A stretch of DNA of 64,000 nucleotides. It comes from Patellaria atrata CBS 101060. Taxonomy: Eukaryota. The stretch lies in assembly GCA_010093705.1 (NCBI GenBank), contig MU006091.1:186001-250000 (forward strand), written 5' to 3'. The notes under the pieces are model-generated. The model did no database searches and was not told the DNA's origin. It saw only the letters and a list, made by a program, of their open reading frames with translations. Positions 48,554-62,120 of the stretch are shown here, piece by piece; the stretch's first letter is position 1, and each line of letters opens with the position of its first letter. Position numbers and translations under genes: made by a program.

Positions 48554-49768
48554 ATGGATAGAGACCGTGACAATTTATGGACTCGCCGCTCAAAGTAGGT
48601 ACTCTCGTTGAAACGACCAAGATAGGTCGATGTCGTAGCTTTCTTCACTAACAGCTTCCCACAGCTCAAGCAAGCTCTCTCTTTCCACCTCTGGTAATGA
48701 TCATAATGACCACAAGAACGACCACCCTACCCGTAATTATTCTGGCGCGAAACGGTTCGGAGGTGGTGACTCCTCCCATGGTGGAAGGAATCCTTTCAAT
48801 GCAATATCTCCATTGACAACAGGTACAATATCCTCACCAACTGCTGGAGCTTCCACCGCGTTCGGATTAGGCTCTGGTGCTTTCGCATCGTTTGGATCTG
48901 CGTCTAAGACTCCAAAGACTCCTGGTCCGGCGATCGACTTTAGCAAAGCTGCTGGCACCGGTACCACTTCGCCATCTACTCCCGGAGAAAAGAAGGATAA
49001 ATTGGTTGCAAAACCCTTGCCTACCACTGCCCGTGGAACTGTTTCGAAGACAATTGCTGGCGAGTCAACGACAACTGGCCGTTCTTCAGCAGACTTTGGA
49101 GCTCTCTTGACGCTCAAATACACTTGGGTGATCTGGTACCGACCCCCTACATCTAAGAACTCCGATTACGAGAAATCAACGAAGCCAATGTGTAAGATGG
49201 CAACCGCACAAGAATTCTGGACTGTGTACTCGCATTTAAAGAGGCCATCTTCACTGCCAACAGTGTCAGATTACCATTTCTTCAAGGAGGGTATCCGTCC
49301 AGTTTGGGAAGATGAGGAAAATAAAAAGGGTGGAAAATGGATCATGAGGCTCAAAAAGGGAGTATCAGACAGGTACTGGGAGGATCTTTTGATGGCTATG
49401 ATCGGCGACCAATTTGCGGAAGCTGGGGAGGAAGTATGCGGTGCGGTTCTCAGTGTTCGGAGCGGAGAGGACGTTTTCAGTATCTGGACCAAAAATGATG
49501 GGGGAAGGAACATTAAGATACGGTGCGTCCCTCACCGAAGCATACCATTTGGGAAATGCTAATATGTTGTAGGGAGACTATCAAGCGCGTTTTATCCTTG
49601 CCTCCAGATACTAATATCATCTGGAAGAGTCATGATGACAGTATCGCACAGAGGACAGCAATCGATCAAGCCCGCGAGAAATCCAACCACCACCAGTCAG
49701 ACAAACGTAGAACAACCCTGACTAGTGATGACTTACCGTCGATCAAGGAGAAGACTAATTCGTCTTAA
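48554..49768 (+). CDS. eIF4E-family cap-binding protein, class II (4EHP/eIF4E2-like), 3 exons
   Basis: MDRDRDNLWTRRS exon; LKYTWVIWYRPP..DYEKS..EFWTVYSHLKRPS..FKEGIRPVWEDEENKKGGKW. Tyr occupies the first cap-stacking Trp position. Confidence 0.88.
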
Positions 49769-50609
49769 GTCCTTCTCTGGTGATTTCTCAGCTACCATTC
49801 TTCGTTTGCATCTATTTCTTTGGTATTATGCATCATAAGGTCTTGAATGAATTATCGGTTGGGTTAGCGTTTTCTGGATTTATCGACATTGTTATCTTAA
49901 CGAGCCCTTGTCTTGCAAGAGTGACATGAGCGCCTGGCTTTCGAACCTGTACAATAGTATTGCGTGCCGGGTGAGCACCTGCATAGGACCTTTTTTTTTC
50001 TTACTAGGGTTATTTTCGCCCTTAAGCTTTTGGAGATATAAATGCCAGACTGACACTGGTATAGAGCTCTGTTTAGTTTATTCAATTATGAGGAGCTTTC
50101 AAGTATGTTCATCTCGGAAGTATTAGAATATCATGTGCCAGTCCATTGAGTTCGAGGAATAGACGGAGCGGTGATCTATTCCCTTATTAGGTAATCCCAA
50201 GCTTGTTTCTGCGCTTATCACCATTGAGACCTCCAATTTTTTACATATACAGACCAGCCAGTGAAGCCGTAAAAGAACTCGCTCGATAGTAGATATACCT
50301 GTATGCATACATAAAGATGTCCAGTAAACGGAGTGATTGAACATCGTTTGACAAAGGCGAACAAGACGTCCTGATGCTTTGCGGACTTGGCAACGTTGGA
50401 GACAAACGTCACGGTTCCCCGAAGATTGGCACACAAGGGAAAACGCGTTCTCCAAATTTCTACACAGTCCTCTCTCTCCACTTCCTAATATGCGGGTAAC
50501 TGTACCCAGGCCTCTTTCATTGTCTCCCCTCCGCTTTGACACCTCCCATCTCAGTCACTACGCACTCTGTGTCTTCGATGAGCTTATTTCACTGGCTTAA
50601 AAGTCGTTC

Positions 50610-53600
50610 ATGTCCTTCATCCGCAAACCTTTAGCTGCTCTCCAAGAATACTGTTGGCCATCTACCACCTCACGAGAGGAGGACATAAGCACCGAGGTTT
50701 GATACTCCTTCCCATGCCTACAGCAGCTTTCTCTCGCATGATTCGCCATGCTGTTCTTCCTCTGTTCTAACGCAACTTTCTTAGACTAGACATGACCAGC
50801 GGGGCGCACAAACACCTAGAAAGGCCACAGGACCACTCATGAATACCGTTTCCACAAGTCCATTGCGGAAATTGGCATCTTCACAAATGGTTGAGAAAGT
50901 GGAGTCACATTTGAGCACTAATCCGCGCCCCACCCCAGACCTCGAATCATGGTCTCAAGCGTCTTACGGGTTAGAATTGTTTGCCCCGTCTTCAATACCG
51001 CACGCTCACCACTAAGTCAGTAATCCACACGACGCCGTAGCGATCCCGGTTCCGGGTCAGAGACCAATGGCAAAGGTAAGAAGTCACCCATATATGAGGG
51101 ACAAGCTAACATACCTCAAGCCGAATCTAGGATCTTCTATCCGTCCTCGGAACACGTTGAATAATGTAACCAAATTTGCCAACCAAAATATTCTTGGTAG
51201 GGAAGGAAAGAATGATCGCACGCTACAAACTAGCAATACTAGAGACAACGTACCATCGTCGACGAGACAACATGCTCAGGTAGTTTCGAAAGGGAATCGT
51301 GAAGATAATCATCGCGATAAGAGACGTAAAATCACTCAACATCCTAACACGCGAGCGGCAGAGAACGAAATTATAGCTATCGACTCGGATGACGACCTAA
51401 ACCAATCTAAACTTTCGAGTGCATCAAGTCCTGTTACAACTGCGTCGCAATCCTCTAGCCGTCCAACCAAATCTAAATGCGGGCAATATCAAGACATGTC
51501 TATCTACAATGCTCTTGGCAGGGCACCTGAATTCCGTAAAGTCGAAAAGATGCTTAACTCCAGACCGGAGTACGGCAAGAGACAGAGACGGAAATCGGAG
51601 GGCAGCCGCAGCCGCGCCAGTAATTATTCTTCAACATCATCGCAAACTTCTACACAGGGAAGACCCAAGGTTCATAATGACAGCCTTCAGGTGGAGAATA
51701 GAAGCTTCAATGGAACAGAACTCGTTCCGGTTGACAGGAACATGATTTTCGACAGCAACCATGCCGAGTACGACCTTTTGGGCCCACTTGAGAGGATGCT
51801 AAATTCTTACGGGACGAGTCCCAGTAAATCTCCGTACTTTAATAAAGACCAGACAGAACGTCAGCTGGATCGAAAACAGATACTGGCCGTAAATCAGAGC
51901 GAGAATTCAAAAATCGCTCAGAAATATGTCGATTTAGAAAGTCAACAGTTAGTCGAAGCGCCTCTGCGCAAAAGGTTCATTCGTGCCGACCAACCATCTG
52001 AGAGGACAACCCTCCAAAAAGCTTTCGATATGATTGATACAAGTGAAGATGAGTTGACCATGGATATTCCAAAACCCCTTCCTTCTCGTTACAACGAATC
52101 GCAAAGTTTCACCGCGAAACGGTCGATATCCCCATCAAAAAATACTCGGACACGGCAAAATTCTATTGATCGTTCATCTCATGCGGATATTCGTCCAACA
52201 ACTTTTGTAAATTCACGAGCAGTGTCCAGCCGATTGTTGGATGCTGCACGGTCTCGCAAAAGGTTCGAAACGAAATTTAAACAACCTTCGTGGGATATCG
52301 TATCATTTTACTTGCCCACAAAATGTTTAAAGCAGTGTGACCTCACCCTAGTTGAAGATCTTGACGTTGGCTCTTTTTACATAGCTCAGAAGGACTCCCT
52401 GCGCTCTCGAATGTTTGACGACGGTGGTGAGTTCAATCCTGAAAAGTTGAATATTGCCGAGCATTGCGTCACCTTGTCCTCAAAAATACGAATGACTGGC
52501 TCCATGAGCAATATGGTAAAGACTGAGGTCTGTTTTGAATTTTCTTCTCCAACTACCGCAAACAACTTTCTATCACGTTTAAGTGAACGTACCGGGGACC
52601 TACTCCGTTTTATCTCGAAATTACCGTGAGTGATTATCCCCGTTCTAGTCTACATACTCTGACGTCTTGATAGAGATTATCTTGACAAAGTATTTGCAAG
52701 GCGTTTCGATGAAAGCGATGATTGCGAGAGTGATCTATTAAGAAACCGTACCACCCGCCTGTCAGAACCCAACTCTGTACTAGGGGGATCCAAATTTTGG
52801 TTAAGTACTCGTTCCATATTAGATGCATTGGGACCCTCTAAGCCTGCGGTTGAAAAGACTTCTCTCCGTCAGAGAATTGGGCAAATGAATCATCACACTC
52901 AACAAGACGAGCAGATTAAGTATGATCATGAGGAAGCGCCTCTTAGGAAGCACAACACTCGTCTCGGGAATCGGAGCCAAAGACAACGCTATTGTTCTTC
53001 ACCTGTTCCAGAGATACCAGAGATAGAACGATACTCTGTCACACATGGCCTGGGTGATCGATGGGAACAGCCTGTGGTATATCCTGCATCAGGGCGGAAC
53101 CGCTCGACTGTCAATTTCGATGACCTACTTCGCCTTGACGATGGTGAGTTCTTAAACGATAACATTGTAGAGTTTTACATTCGCTATCTGGTCGAACAAA
53201 ACCCTTCCACAGCTCCAAATGTTTATTTCTTTAGCACATTCTTTTACAATTCACTCAACTCCAACCCTAAAGGAAAAGGAGGTGTGAATTATGCCTCAGT
53301 CAAGAAGTGGACTGCAAAAGATGATATATTTAGCTATGATTTCGTCATTGTTCCAGTCAACGAAGATGCACATTGGTACATGGCCATGATTTGCAACCTC
53401 ACCAATCTAGATCGAAAGTTCAAGTCTGAGGATTCACTGGAAGATTCGTGCAGTACAACTGGCAAAACTAACCACCCCACCTCCATCGTGGAGGAATCAA
53501 AGCGAGATTCATCCCCACAAGTAATCATCAACACACGTGATACTACACGGGATTCTCCTGATCTCCGAAACCGTTATTCGCAATTATCCTTGACTGAGGT

Positions 53601-54900
53601 GAGCCTGGCGGATACCACAAATTCAGTAGATGAGCCACAACAATCAAAGCCATCTGAGTTTGAGAAATCACCTGACAATGTGGACCTCTTAGATGTGGAC
53701 ACGATTGGGCGGCTCAGAAATACGTCTGTTTTTGAAGCCGGTTTAAATGAAGATATGGAAATTTTGGGAAAGAGTGAAGCCCTGCGCAGCAGGGACAAAT
53801 CTAATGTAATTAATAAAGGGACAAAGAGAAGACCACCTGGCAAGAGGAATGATCCTAACGAGTGAGTCAGCGCCGTGTTTCCTCCTCAGTCTTCAAATGA
53901 TATAATACTAATACCAAGCAGACCGATCATTCTTCTTCTTGATTCCCTTGGTGCTCCTCATGCGAAGACAGCTAAGAATCTGAAGGAGTACGTCGTACTA
54001 GAAGGTCAGGATAAAAGAGGTATGGAGATCGATACTGGGCAATTGCCATCGATGAACGCACAGCACATTCCATTACAGGATAATTACTGTGATTGCGGAC
54101 TTTTCCTGCTAGGCTACGTCAAGAAATTTTTGAAAGATCCTCGGGAGTTTGTTACCAAAATAATAGGACGGCATACTTTCTCTCCAGAGGAGTGGCCAGA
54201 TATGAATCCAAAGAGGATGCGCGGGGAAATCCGAGATCTCTTATTCAAGATTGAAAAGCAGCAATCAGACCAACGGAAGGTTGACAAGCAAGCAAGGAGA
54301 TCAGCAAAAAAACAAAAGGTTGCGGAACAGGCTGGTAATATGGAGACCGGTTCAGCTACTGAAGAAATACAATCTCCCAAACGGCAGTCAGTAAATCGGG
54401 ATATTGAACTGAATACGCCAGTTACCGGGGATCCTAAAGCTTTGTCTGGGAATAGCCATCCAGCGAGCCCACAGAAAACAACTGTACTATTTCAATCCGA
54501 GGTTGTACAACCAGCTCAGAATTCACCTATAGACCTATCCACACAAACGGAGGCTGATTCGATCGAAGTCCAAGACCATACGCTAGAACGACCCGCTAAT
54601 AATGACATGCTTCACGAGGTCGACGAGGAAGTTATCGACGAGACACCACCGCGAAGCCCCGTTGGGGAGGGTCAAATGCGAGGATTGATGGGACAACTGC
54701 ATTTTGCTGCCCATTGGGAGCCAATTGAATCTCAGACCCAGGCGCTACCGAGTATCCGCAGGAAGCGTACTATCGAAAACGAGAGGTTAAGCTCTGAAGA
54801 GTCCACAATGGAAGTGGAGATGCGCAGGGCTAAATTTCGAAGACAAGAGCGTCCGACGAGGGAGAGATCACCCGTTGTAATCGACGTGGAGGATGATTGA
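50610..54900 (+). CDS. Ulp2-like SUMO protease (peptidase C48), multi-exon
   Basis: RLDDGEFLNDNIVEFY, FSTFFY, VPVNEDAHWY, LDSLG, QDNYCDCGLFLL (His-Asp-Cys triad plus Gln). Introns at about 52626..52673 and 53862..53920 join the ORFs. Exons upstream of 51067 are tentative. Confidence 0.85.
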
Positions 54901-55326
54901 TAATTCATGCATTTCATACTCAATTGCTGTTTTTTGCATTGCGGGATTCATGGAAGCATAGCATATTGTGCCACGGTGTTGGGGGCCATATCTTTTGAGG
55001 GGTTCGAGTTACTGTAGCATTAGCGGCTGGAGCCTTTCATATTCCGCATTTTGCTTTTACATCGAGAGGTTCATATGTTGATATCCGATTCCTTTACTAG
55101 CTAGCATCGAGTAGATGGGAAGAGGTATGTACAGTACGCGGAAGAAACGCAAAGATTACCATCAGATTTTGATCCCCCCCGGTCTAAGCACTCCTAGTCT
55201 GCTGTACGATCATAATGAAAGAAGAGTTCCGACTCAGCTGTCCCGACAGAGTGCAACTTTGAAAAACATTCGTATCTAGTACCGTCCTGTGATCTGTACA
55301 GTACAGCCTAGCGCAACAACGTTTGA

Positions 55327-55608
55327 GGGGGTGGTGAAGCAGAAATACGTACTGCAAAAACTCGAAATTTGAACATTTCTTTCTTTCGAAGAAAAAAAAA
55401 TGTTTGCAAACAGTCACAATATGCTTGTTCGTAAAAGTTTTTCTCTCGATGAAAAAATTTGGTTTGCAAACACTCGCCATAGGGCGGGCAGGTCTAAGTA
55501 TTTCTCTCAGAGAAATCTTTTCTCGCGAACACTCACCATAGGCTTATTTTGTTTTCATTCAGAGAAAAAAAGGACTGGTCACAAGAGCAGGTGTATCTAC
55601 AGCACCCC
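55327..55608. repeat. Degenerate ~60-nt tandem repeat block, possibly a non-autonomous element
   Basis: TTTGCAAACAGTCACAATA (55403), TTTGCAAACACTCGCCATAGG (55463), TCGCGAACACTCACCATAGG (~55523); imperfect GGGGTG..CACCCC ends. Confidence 0.45.
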
Positions 55609-57237
55609 ATACTTTGCTTACCTATTGTAGACTGTTCGATGGCGCATTATTCCTAGCAGGATGACTATGTACTGTATAACGTAAATCACCTTACTTAATG
55701 TCTCTTCACTGAGTTGTGCCTCGCTTTTAGCTCCGGCACCTTACCGCCTGCCTAATCAGGTATTCTGCCATAGCATACGCTAGCTCTTATAATCTGGACG
55801 TCACGTGTAAGTGCAAGGGGTGTCTTATGCCCTCAAGTTGCGAGCAGAAGCGGCTATATTGGTGTGTATTTCTTTTAAAACGCCAAAAAATAACGCTACA
55901 ACACTATATTTATATACGAAAAAAAGGGTATCTTATTCGCAAGAATCGAAAATATAATCAACCTTTTAATTATTAAGAAATATCTCTATCTGGGGGGGTT
56001 ATGAATTCTTTTACTGTTGGTGTTCTTGTGAGGCATGACCCAGTGAGAGGCATAAGTAGGTGATTTACGTTATCTGAGAGTCCGTTAAAAACCCCAGGCA
56101 GAGAGGCTGTGTGTAACCTAAAATAAAAAATACCCTTGTGGAAAAGCAGATTATCGAGAACCGTTATGTACGACAGCGTTAGGTCATACACATGCCTGAT
56201 TACTCCGAGTGGTACAGAGGGACCTACAGTATACTTTGCATACCGAATATAGGATCGCATGATGGCCACGGCAGTACTGCTATAAAAAGGATGATGTAGT
56301 GATGTACTGTACAGTACCCTGCATGTGGAGTTCTCTCTCCAGTATTTTTCGACCTCTTCCCCTCGTGGAAAAAGCCATAATGGAAGATGATCGGAAGCTT
56401 AGAAGCACCGTAAGAAGGTTTCATTAAACTCCAAAGTCACATGGCTTAAAGGGGATGGATGTTATGGAGTTGTGGATGCAGCTCTGAGGAGCTGAAAAGA
56501 GAGTCTGGAAGGTCTAAGCTACAGCCCCTTAAAGGCCAAGTATAATGTCAGAGGTTAAGCTTGCCGCCCCCATGCCAAAACATGCAATACCCTCCCGCTT
56601 ACCTCTCACGTCTTTTCCTGTATAAAAAATTATGAAAATGTACATAAACCTGCGTTTCAAGCTTAGGTGGACTTCTGTTTCATCCAATCATTCATTGTTT
56701 CAAGCCTTACTCCCAACCACTTGAAGCTTCCTGCAGTCTCCCCGCCAAGCCGATGAAACCGCTATGAGTGGTTTCGGCTGCGGCCCGCTAGAAGCTTTTA
56801 CCAGAACTGGCCGTCTCTTGACCCGATGCGGCAATTCTGCACGGGGAGAGCGTGATGATCAGTGAAGGGACTCAAGGGAGTCCGATGGCGGTCACCACTC
56901 CTGCGTTTGCAAGGGGGGTACGGATTACCCCGATGCTGACGCGCGTGTAGACATCTGCTCAAAGTTCACCCTCACGTCTATGTGTTGGCAACATGGCGAT
57001 TAGGATCATTCAAGGGGCTAGCTTGGCGGGGAATGCACAAAAGAATAAAAAGAACATTTGATCTCCGTCCTCCCCCGCTACATCTTCACTAATCCTTTGT
57101 CTCTTTTTCTTTTCTCTTCTTGTAACTGTCTATTTCTAATTGACCTTTTAATTCCTGCCCATTGCTTCTTTCCGCATCTCTGCCGTACAGAACACTTCCA
57201 TTCTGATAACCCGCGATCAACGCGGTCCGTTGCAATC

Positions 57238-58842
57238 ATGTCTTCAGAGAATCTCCCTCGTATGCTCGCAGACCAGCAGAAAGGTTCAACCGTAGATGTA
57301 GAACCAAAACCAGGCTCGGAGCCACCACCACCTCCAATGTCCCCTTTAGCTATGAGACCTGGCGCAAGGAAGCGGAAGAACACGAACAAGAGCATTGATC
57401 TTGATAATTACTTTGTATTTCCATCATCTGATACCACGATCAATTGACTAATAATTCTATAGACCGGACCTGCTGAAACTGACCATCATTCTAAATGGCC
57501 ACACTTCTTCAGACTTCACGGCTCAATCCTACCAGAGATGATTCTCCCCTTACTCTTTATTGGAGGTTGGGCCACTTGTATCACTTGTATCTCTGAATTT
57601 GTCTATCCACGTAAGTAGATGGAATCGGCATAGTGCCTAAAACCATATTCTAATGAGATATAGTTCGTGTTGCCAGTATCCTGCTTACTGTCCTGGGTTT
57701 CGTTGTTGGTCTTGCCCTATCTTTCCGAAGCTCCACAGCATACGAGAGGTAAAGACGAGTATGATCTTATCTTGGAAACGTAAACTTACTGGGTTGTAGA
57801 TACGCAGAAGGCCGGAAGTACTGGGCTCAATTGACACTTACATCCCACCAACTCGCAAGGACTATCTGGGTCCATACCACTGAAAGGGATGGCGAGCTTG
57901 GCAAACAGGATATTCTGGCTAAGCGAAGTGCGCTCAATCTCATCGTCGCGTTCGCTGTGGCTCTTAAACACAAGCTTCGATTCCAACCCTTCACCGAGTA
58001 TGACGACCTCCATGGCCTAGTCGGTCACCTTGACACCTTTGCCAAAGAGGCCTCCGACCAGAAGCTTCCTGCAAATAAGTCCAAGTCCACATTTAAGGTT
58101 GTTGGCGAGTATCTTGGGCTTCCGATGGCAGAGTCAAATCCACGCAAAGCGATCAAGCGTTCAAAAAAACCCCTTGGAAACCTGCCGCTCGAGGTCTTGA
58201 GCCACCTCTCCGCGTACGTGGATAGTTCCATCGCCAACGGGTCCCTCGGCGTCAGCATCTATCAAACACACGCTCGTAAGTCTTAACAGACGACCACCAC
58301 TTCTCGCGCGAACCTCACCCTAACCGTCTTATCTAGTTAACGCCGTCTCCGCCCTAAACGACGTCCTTGTTGGCACCGACCGAGTCCTCAACACGCCCCT
58401 CCCTGTTGCTTACAGCATTGCCATCAGCCAAATAACTTGGGTCTACGTGCTCATGCTTCCCTTCCAGCTCTACGACGCCCTACGTTGGGTCACGATTCCC
58501 GGTACCATTTTCGCCGCCTACATCATCCTCGGCATTGCACTCATCGGACGCGAGATCGAGAACCCCTTCGGCATGGATGTTAACGATCTCAACCTCGACT
58601 ACTTTTGCGACCAACTGGCGCAGGAGATCGATGTCATCAGTTCGAACCCGGCGCCCAAGCCCGCGGAGTTCGTGATGCACAAGAACAACATGGTCATGTT
58701 CCCGCTTGGAGAGAGTGGGTATCAGTCATGGGAGCAGAGGAGCTTGGAGCAGATCCGTACGGCGCTCAAGGCGAAGGCGAACATGACGTTTCAGGAGAGG
58801 AAGAGCGAGCATGTGCAGAGGGAGAAGGTTGGTGAAGTCTAA
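57238..58842 (+). CDS. Bestrophin/UPF0187 (YneE-like) anion channel (5 exons)
   Basis: LLTVLGFVVGLALSFRSSTAYERYAEGRKYW, RVLNTPLPVAYSIAISQITWVYV, IGREIENPFGMDVNDL; four short GT-AG introns. Confidence 0.92.
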
Positions 58843-59107
58843 TAAATGCCTCCTTTGAGTCGCGCATGGGATTGATTTTCGGGCTTATCGAGCTCAGTAC
58901 TGATTTCTGGATTGCCTGGCGCCCACAGGTGTGCATTCCGACGGATCTAATCTGAGCGTGAAGTTGGAAGTCTTCATCAGCGAAAAGTATTATCTAGCTG
59001 CATTTGTTCTTGTGATCTTAGCGTTGCATAAAAGGGTGTAAGAATTAACTGTTCGTGTGAACTACGCCTTTCAGGGATATAATACTGAATTACCGATGTA
59101 TAGGCGT

Positions 59108-60974
59108 TTACGAGATGGTAAATAATTCCATTGTGACATCTCCTCGCTCTAAACCGGCCATTGCTTCTCCCTGCATGATACCACCAACGTCTGGGTGTAG
59201 CCGTTAGCTTATTGTTTTCTCTTTGACATACGGACAACTCACAGCATTCTCCGAGGAATTTGTATGTATCTCCCCATGGTCTGAGAACGTAAGGGATTTT
59301 GCCGCCGAGCAGAATACAAATTACATCTCCAGGTCGAACATTTTCACGCACTCTACCGAAGTATGACTTACGCGTTTTGATGTAGACTTGCCAATCCTCT
59401 TGCCAGTAGACATCCCTTTTGTGGGAATCCAGCCAAGTGCCATCATGGGCACTCGATATATTTGGCGGTACAGAGGTCGCAAGTGTCATGATACTAAGAA
59501 TCACCTTCTTCCTTTCGATGTCTATGTCACCTAATAGACTTTCATCAAGCACCTTTGCGCTATGTGTTGATTCAACGACGTCAAACATAAAGCCCTTAGC
59601 CACCATTAAGGTCTTGTTGGCGAAAAACATGACTTCAGCACGCGTGTCAAGAGCAGCATGAAAGGTCTCCTTCTCGTCCCGATCGTCGACCAAGTAGATG
59701 AAATAAGGATATCTTCTGTTGGAGCTCCAGTCTGGTACCCAAGAGGGAAGAGGTGCATAAGCAGGAGGTGGCCCCAAAAACATAGCACGTCGGGAAAATT
59801 CATATGCGGCTGACAGTCCTGGTAATCGCCCTGTCCTTGAGAAAAGGTCAGGACTGTGAATGACCAAGTTTTTCGGACCCCTCCTGCTTGAGGTGCCCAA
59901 AAGCTCAGAACCGAAACCCAAGGCAGCTGAAATGACGTCTAATGTGCGCGTCTGCATGATAGAGTGGATAGCGACATGTGTGAAGACCTCTTCTATTGGC
60001 TTGGAGTAAGATATCTCCAGCTCATCAGACGTTAGGCCAAGAACACCATAGACATGGTCTCTAGCGTCTGTAGCACACTGATTACGACTGAACAAGAGTG
60101 TTCTAAACAGTCTCAACGTCCAATCAGAGTTCCTATATCTAGGAAATATTGCTCCAAACGCCGTTTTCGAAAGTCTCATCCTCAAATGATGTTTCCTCGT
60201 CGTGTTCCACAAGGAGATAAGCTGGGCACCATTAGTCTTCATGAGTATTACTTGAAGTGGATCACGTAACACTCTTGCAATGGCATAGGAGTCCACTATA
60301 TTTGTAACCCACTGGCACAATACCTCCCACGGTACTTTCATATCCCCGCAACATATCAGGGCAAACTGCGCCAATATCACCTCTTGCACAATCCATACGC
60401 GCGTGAACCAGGGACTATTAAGCAGTCCTATAAGAGCTTGTGAGATCTCAACCTTCACTTCCGACGAGTCCTGCAGTTCTAGAATCTTCAAAGCATCGAA
60501 CGAGTTTCGGTTCTGCCACCAAGCGAACAGAAACACGAACGCAAGGTGTGTTTTCTCAGTCGGAAACACGGGGAAGTGTGCGATCCAGACGTACGTCTCG
60601 GCCGCTTTACCGTACAGCGACCGCATGAGGAGGATTTGAGCCTCTTTCTCCTCTATGTCGCTCTGGTTGATGCATAGAGCGTCAACCCAGATGTGGAGGA
60701 CTTGGTCTTCCCGTCTGAGCCACTGCAGCGCGTGCCATAGGTTCCAGGTTACTGCTATGCGATGGCCGTCGCAGATTACCTGCACGTGGTCCGCGAGATC
60801 GCTGTCTGGCATGTCGCCCCATACGTACGAGAGGGCGGTGAAACTTCGCTCGTCGGAAAGAAGACGGTGCTCTAGGGAGCAGTGAAGTGGTATGTCCTGC
60901 TTGTTGCTTGGGGAGAGTAATAGAACTCGGATCTCCTCCGATGAGGAGTCTAGTGGTTTGTAAGGATAGCTCAT
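59108..60974 (-). CDS. HET-domain protein, HET-6-like (2 exons)
   Basis: EIRVLLL, FTALSYVWG, WVDALCINQSD..EKEAQILLMRSLYGKA, PWFTRVWIVQEV, ATDARDHVYGVLGL, LPSWVPDWS. Intron 59191..59242 restores FLGECYVGGIMQGEA. Confidence 0.92.
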
Positions 60975-61927
60975 CTTTTACTGAAGGTAGTTACAGATAC
61001 GGGATCGAATTTCGAATCCAGGTTGTTGTGAAAATAAAGGTACTGTACACTTGGCAAGGATGGAAATTGAGATCTGGATGTTGAAGCAAGCCTTTCACCA
61101 GCTTTGCCATAACTACTGAATGCGTTTCCTTATTCCCCAGACATATTTCGGTTTGCTATATTGTATTATGGATACTTTGTTGGAGATGTGTCGTTCGTTA
61201 AGTCGGAGTTCTAGGGGATTGAGCTAGTTAATTTTAGTTCTAGTCTTAGCTACGAAACAGGGGCGGAGTATGATCCTATTTTGACTCCATATCTAAAACA
61301 TCTCGACTTATTGAGTTTCCATGCGTATGTTTAACGGTTCATGTCAATCAATATTCAAAACCTGAAACCCATAAAGTTGAACTGGAGAGGTTGAAATATA
61401 TTAGTGTCCAATTTATAGGTCTGTTGCACTTGAACCGCTGTATCCACCTCTCAGTATGGGTAGATTGAAGAATGCTATCACACGGAAAGGATCACCACAG
61501 CTAATGTCCTTAATTGAGAAATTTTTATACTTCTTTTCACGCCCAAAACTCCTGCCATTGCCTTCAAAATATCATAGAAATCTGCTCGCTCGTTTTCCAC
61601 CAATGAGCACACTCTCATCTGGGCTTGAGCAGTCCGTAGAGGAGCGCTCAGGATGAAATAATGTTGTCCAAATGTAGCCTTTGTACGCGTGTAGAAGTAG
61701 TAGCCCTCGTTGCGAAGCTCCTCGTGACATATTAGCCCTTGGACCTCATCAGGGACTTGTTCCGAGTGATGGCATCATTTGTGCGTTTACAGCACTGTGA
61801 ACAAATCACCATAACCAGTAGTAACTCAGAACGTTTGCACGACTTTCGCCTTTGTTAAGTTCTCGTACCGGAAATCCAAACAAGGTCCTTATGTTCTACC
61901 GCGGAGGAAATAATAATCATATAAATC

Positions 61928-62120
61928 CACGCGGTGGTCAAGTGGTATGGGTCTCTAGCTTATACCATGTCCCCCAAGCGTCATGGTCCCCCCAACGCCA
62001 TGGGTTCGATTCCTAGCCTTGCTAAAGGTCAGAATTGGGGGAGGGGTCTCAGGATAGTGCCCTGAGGGAAAATATGGAGGGGCGGGCCATATTAGAGGAT
62101 ACTTTTTTTCTCTTTTTTTT
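61928..62120 (+). ncRNA. tRNA-derived Pol III-type element (SINE head or small structured ncRNA)
   Basis: A box TGGTCAAGTGG (61935-61945), B box GGTTCGATTCC (62003-62013), hairpins CTCAGG/CCTGAG and AATATGG/CCATATT, T-tracts from 62103. The acceptor stem does not pair, so this is not an intact tRNA. Confidence 0.55.

Noticed and set aside
56535..57027. Three GCCAAG (PacC-like) sites and a hairpin at 56748-56779 upstream of bestrophin
   Set aside because: Short motifs close to background expectation, with no independent support.
61928..62023. Intact tRNA gene
   Set aside because: The 5' and 3' acceptor strands do not pair and no canonical anticodon arm is present; reported instead as a tRNA-derived element.
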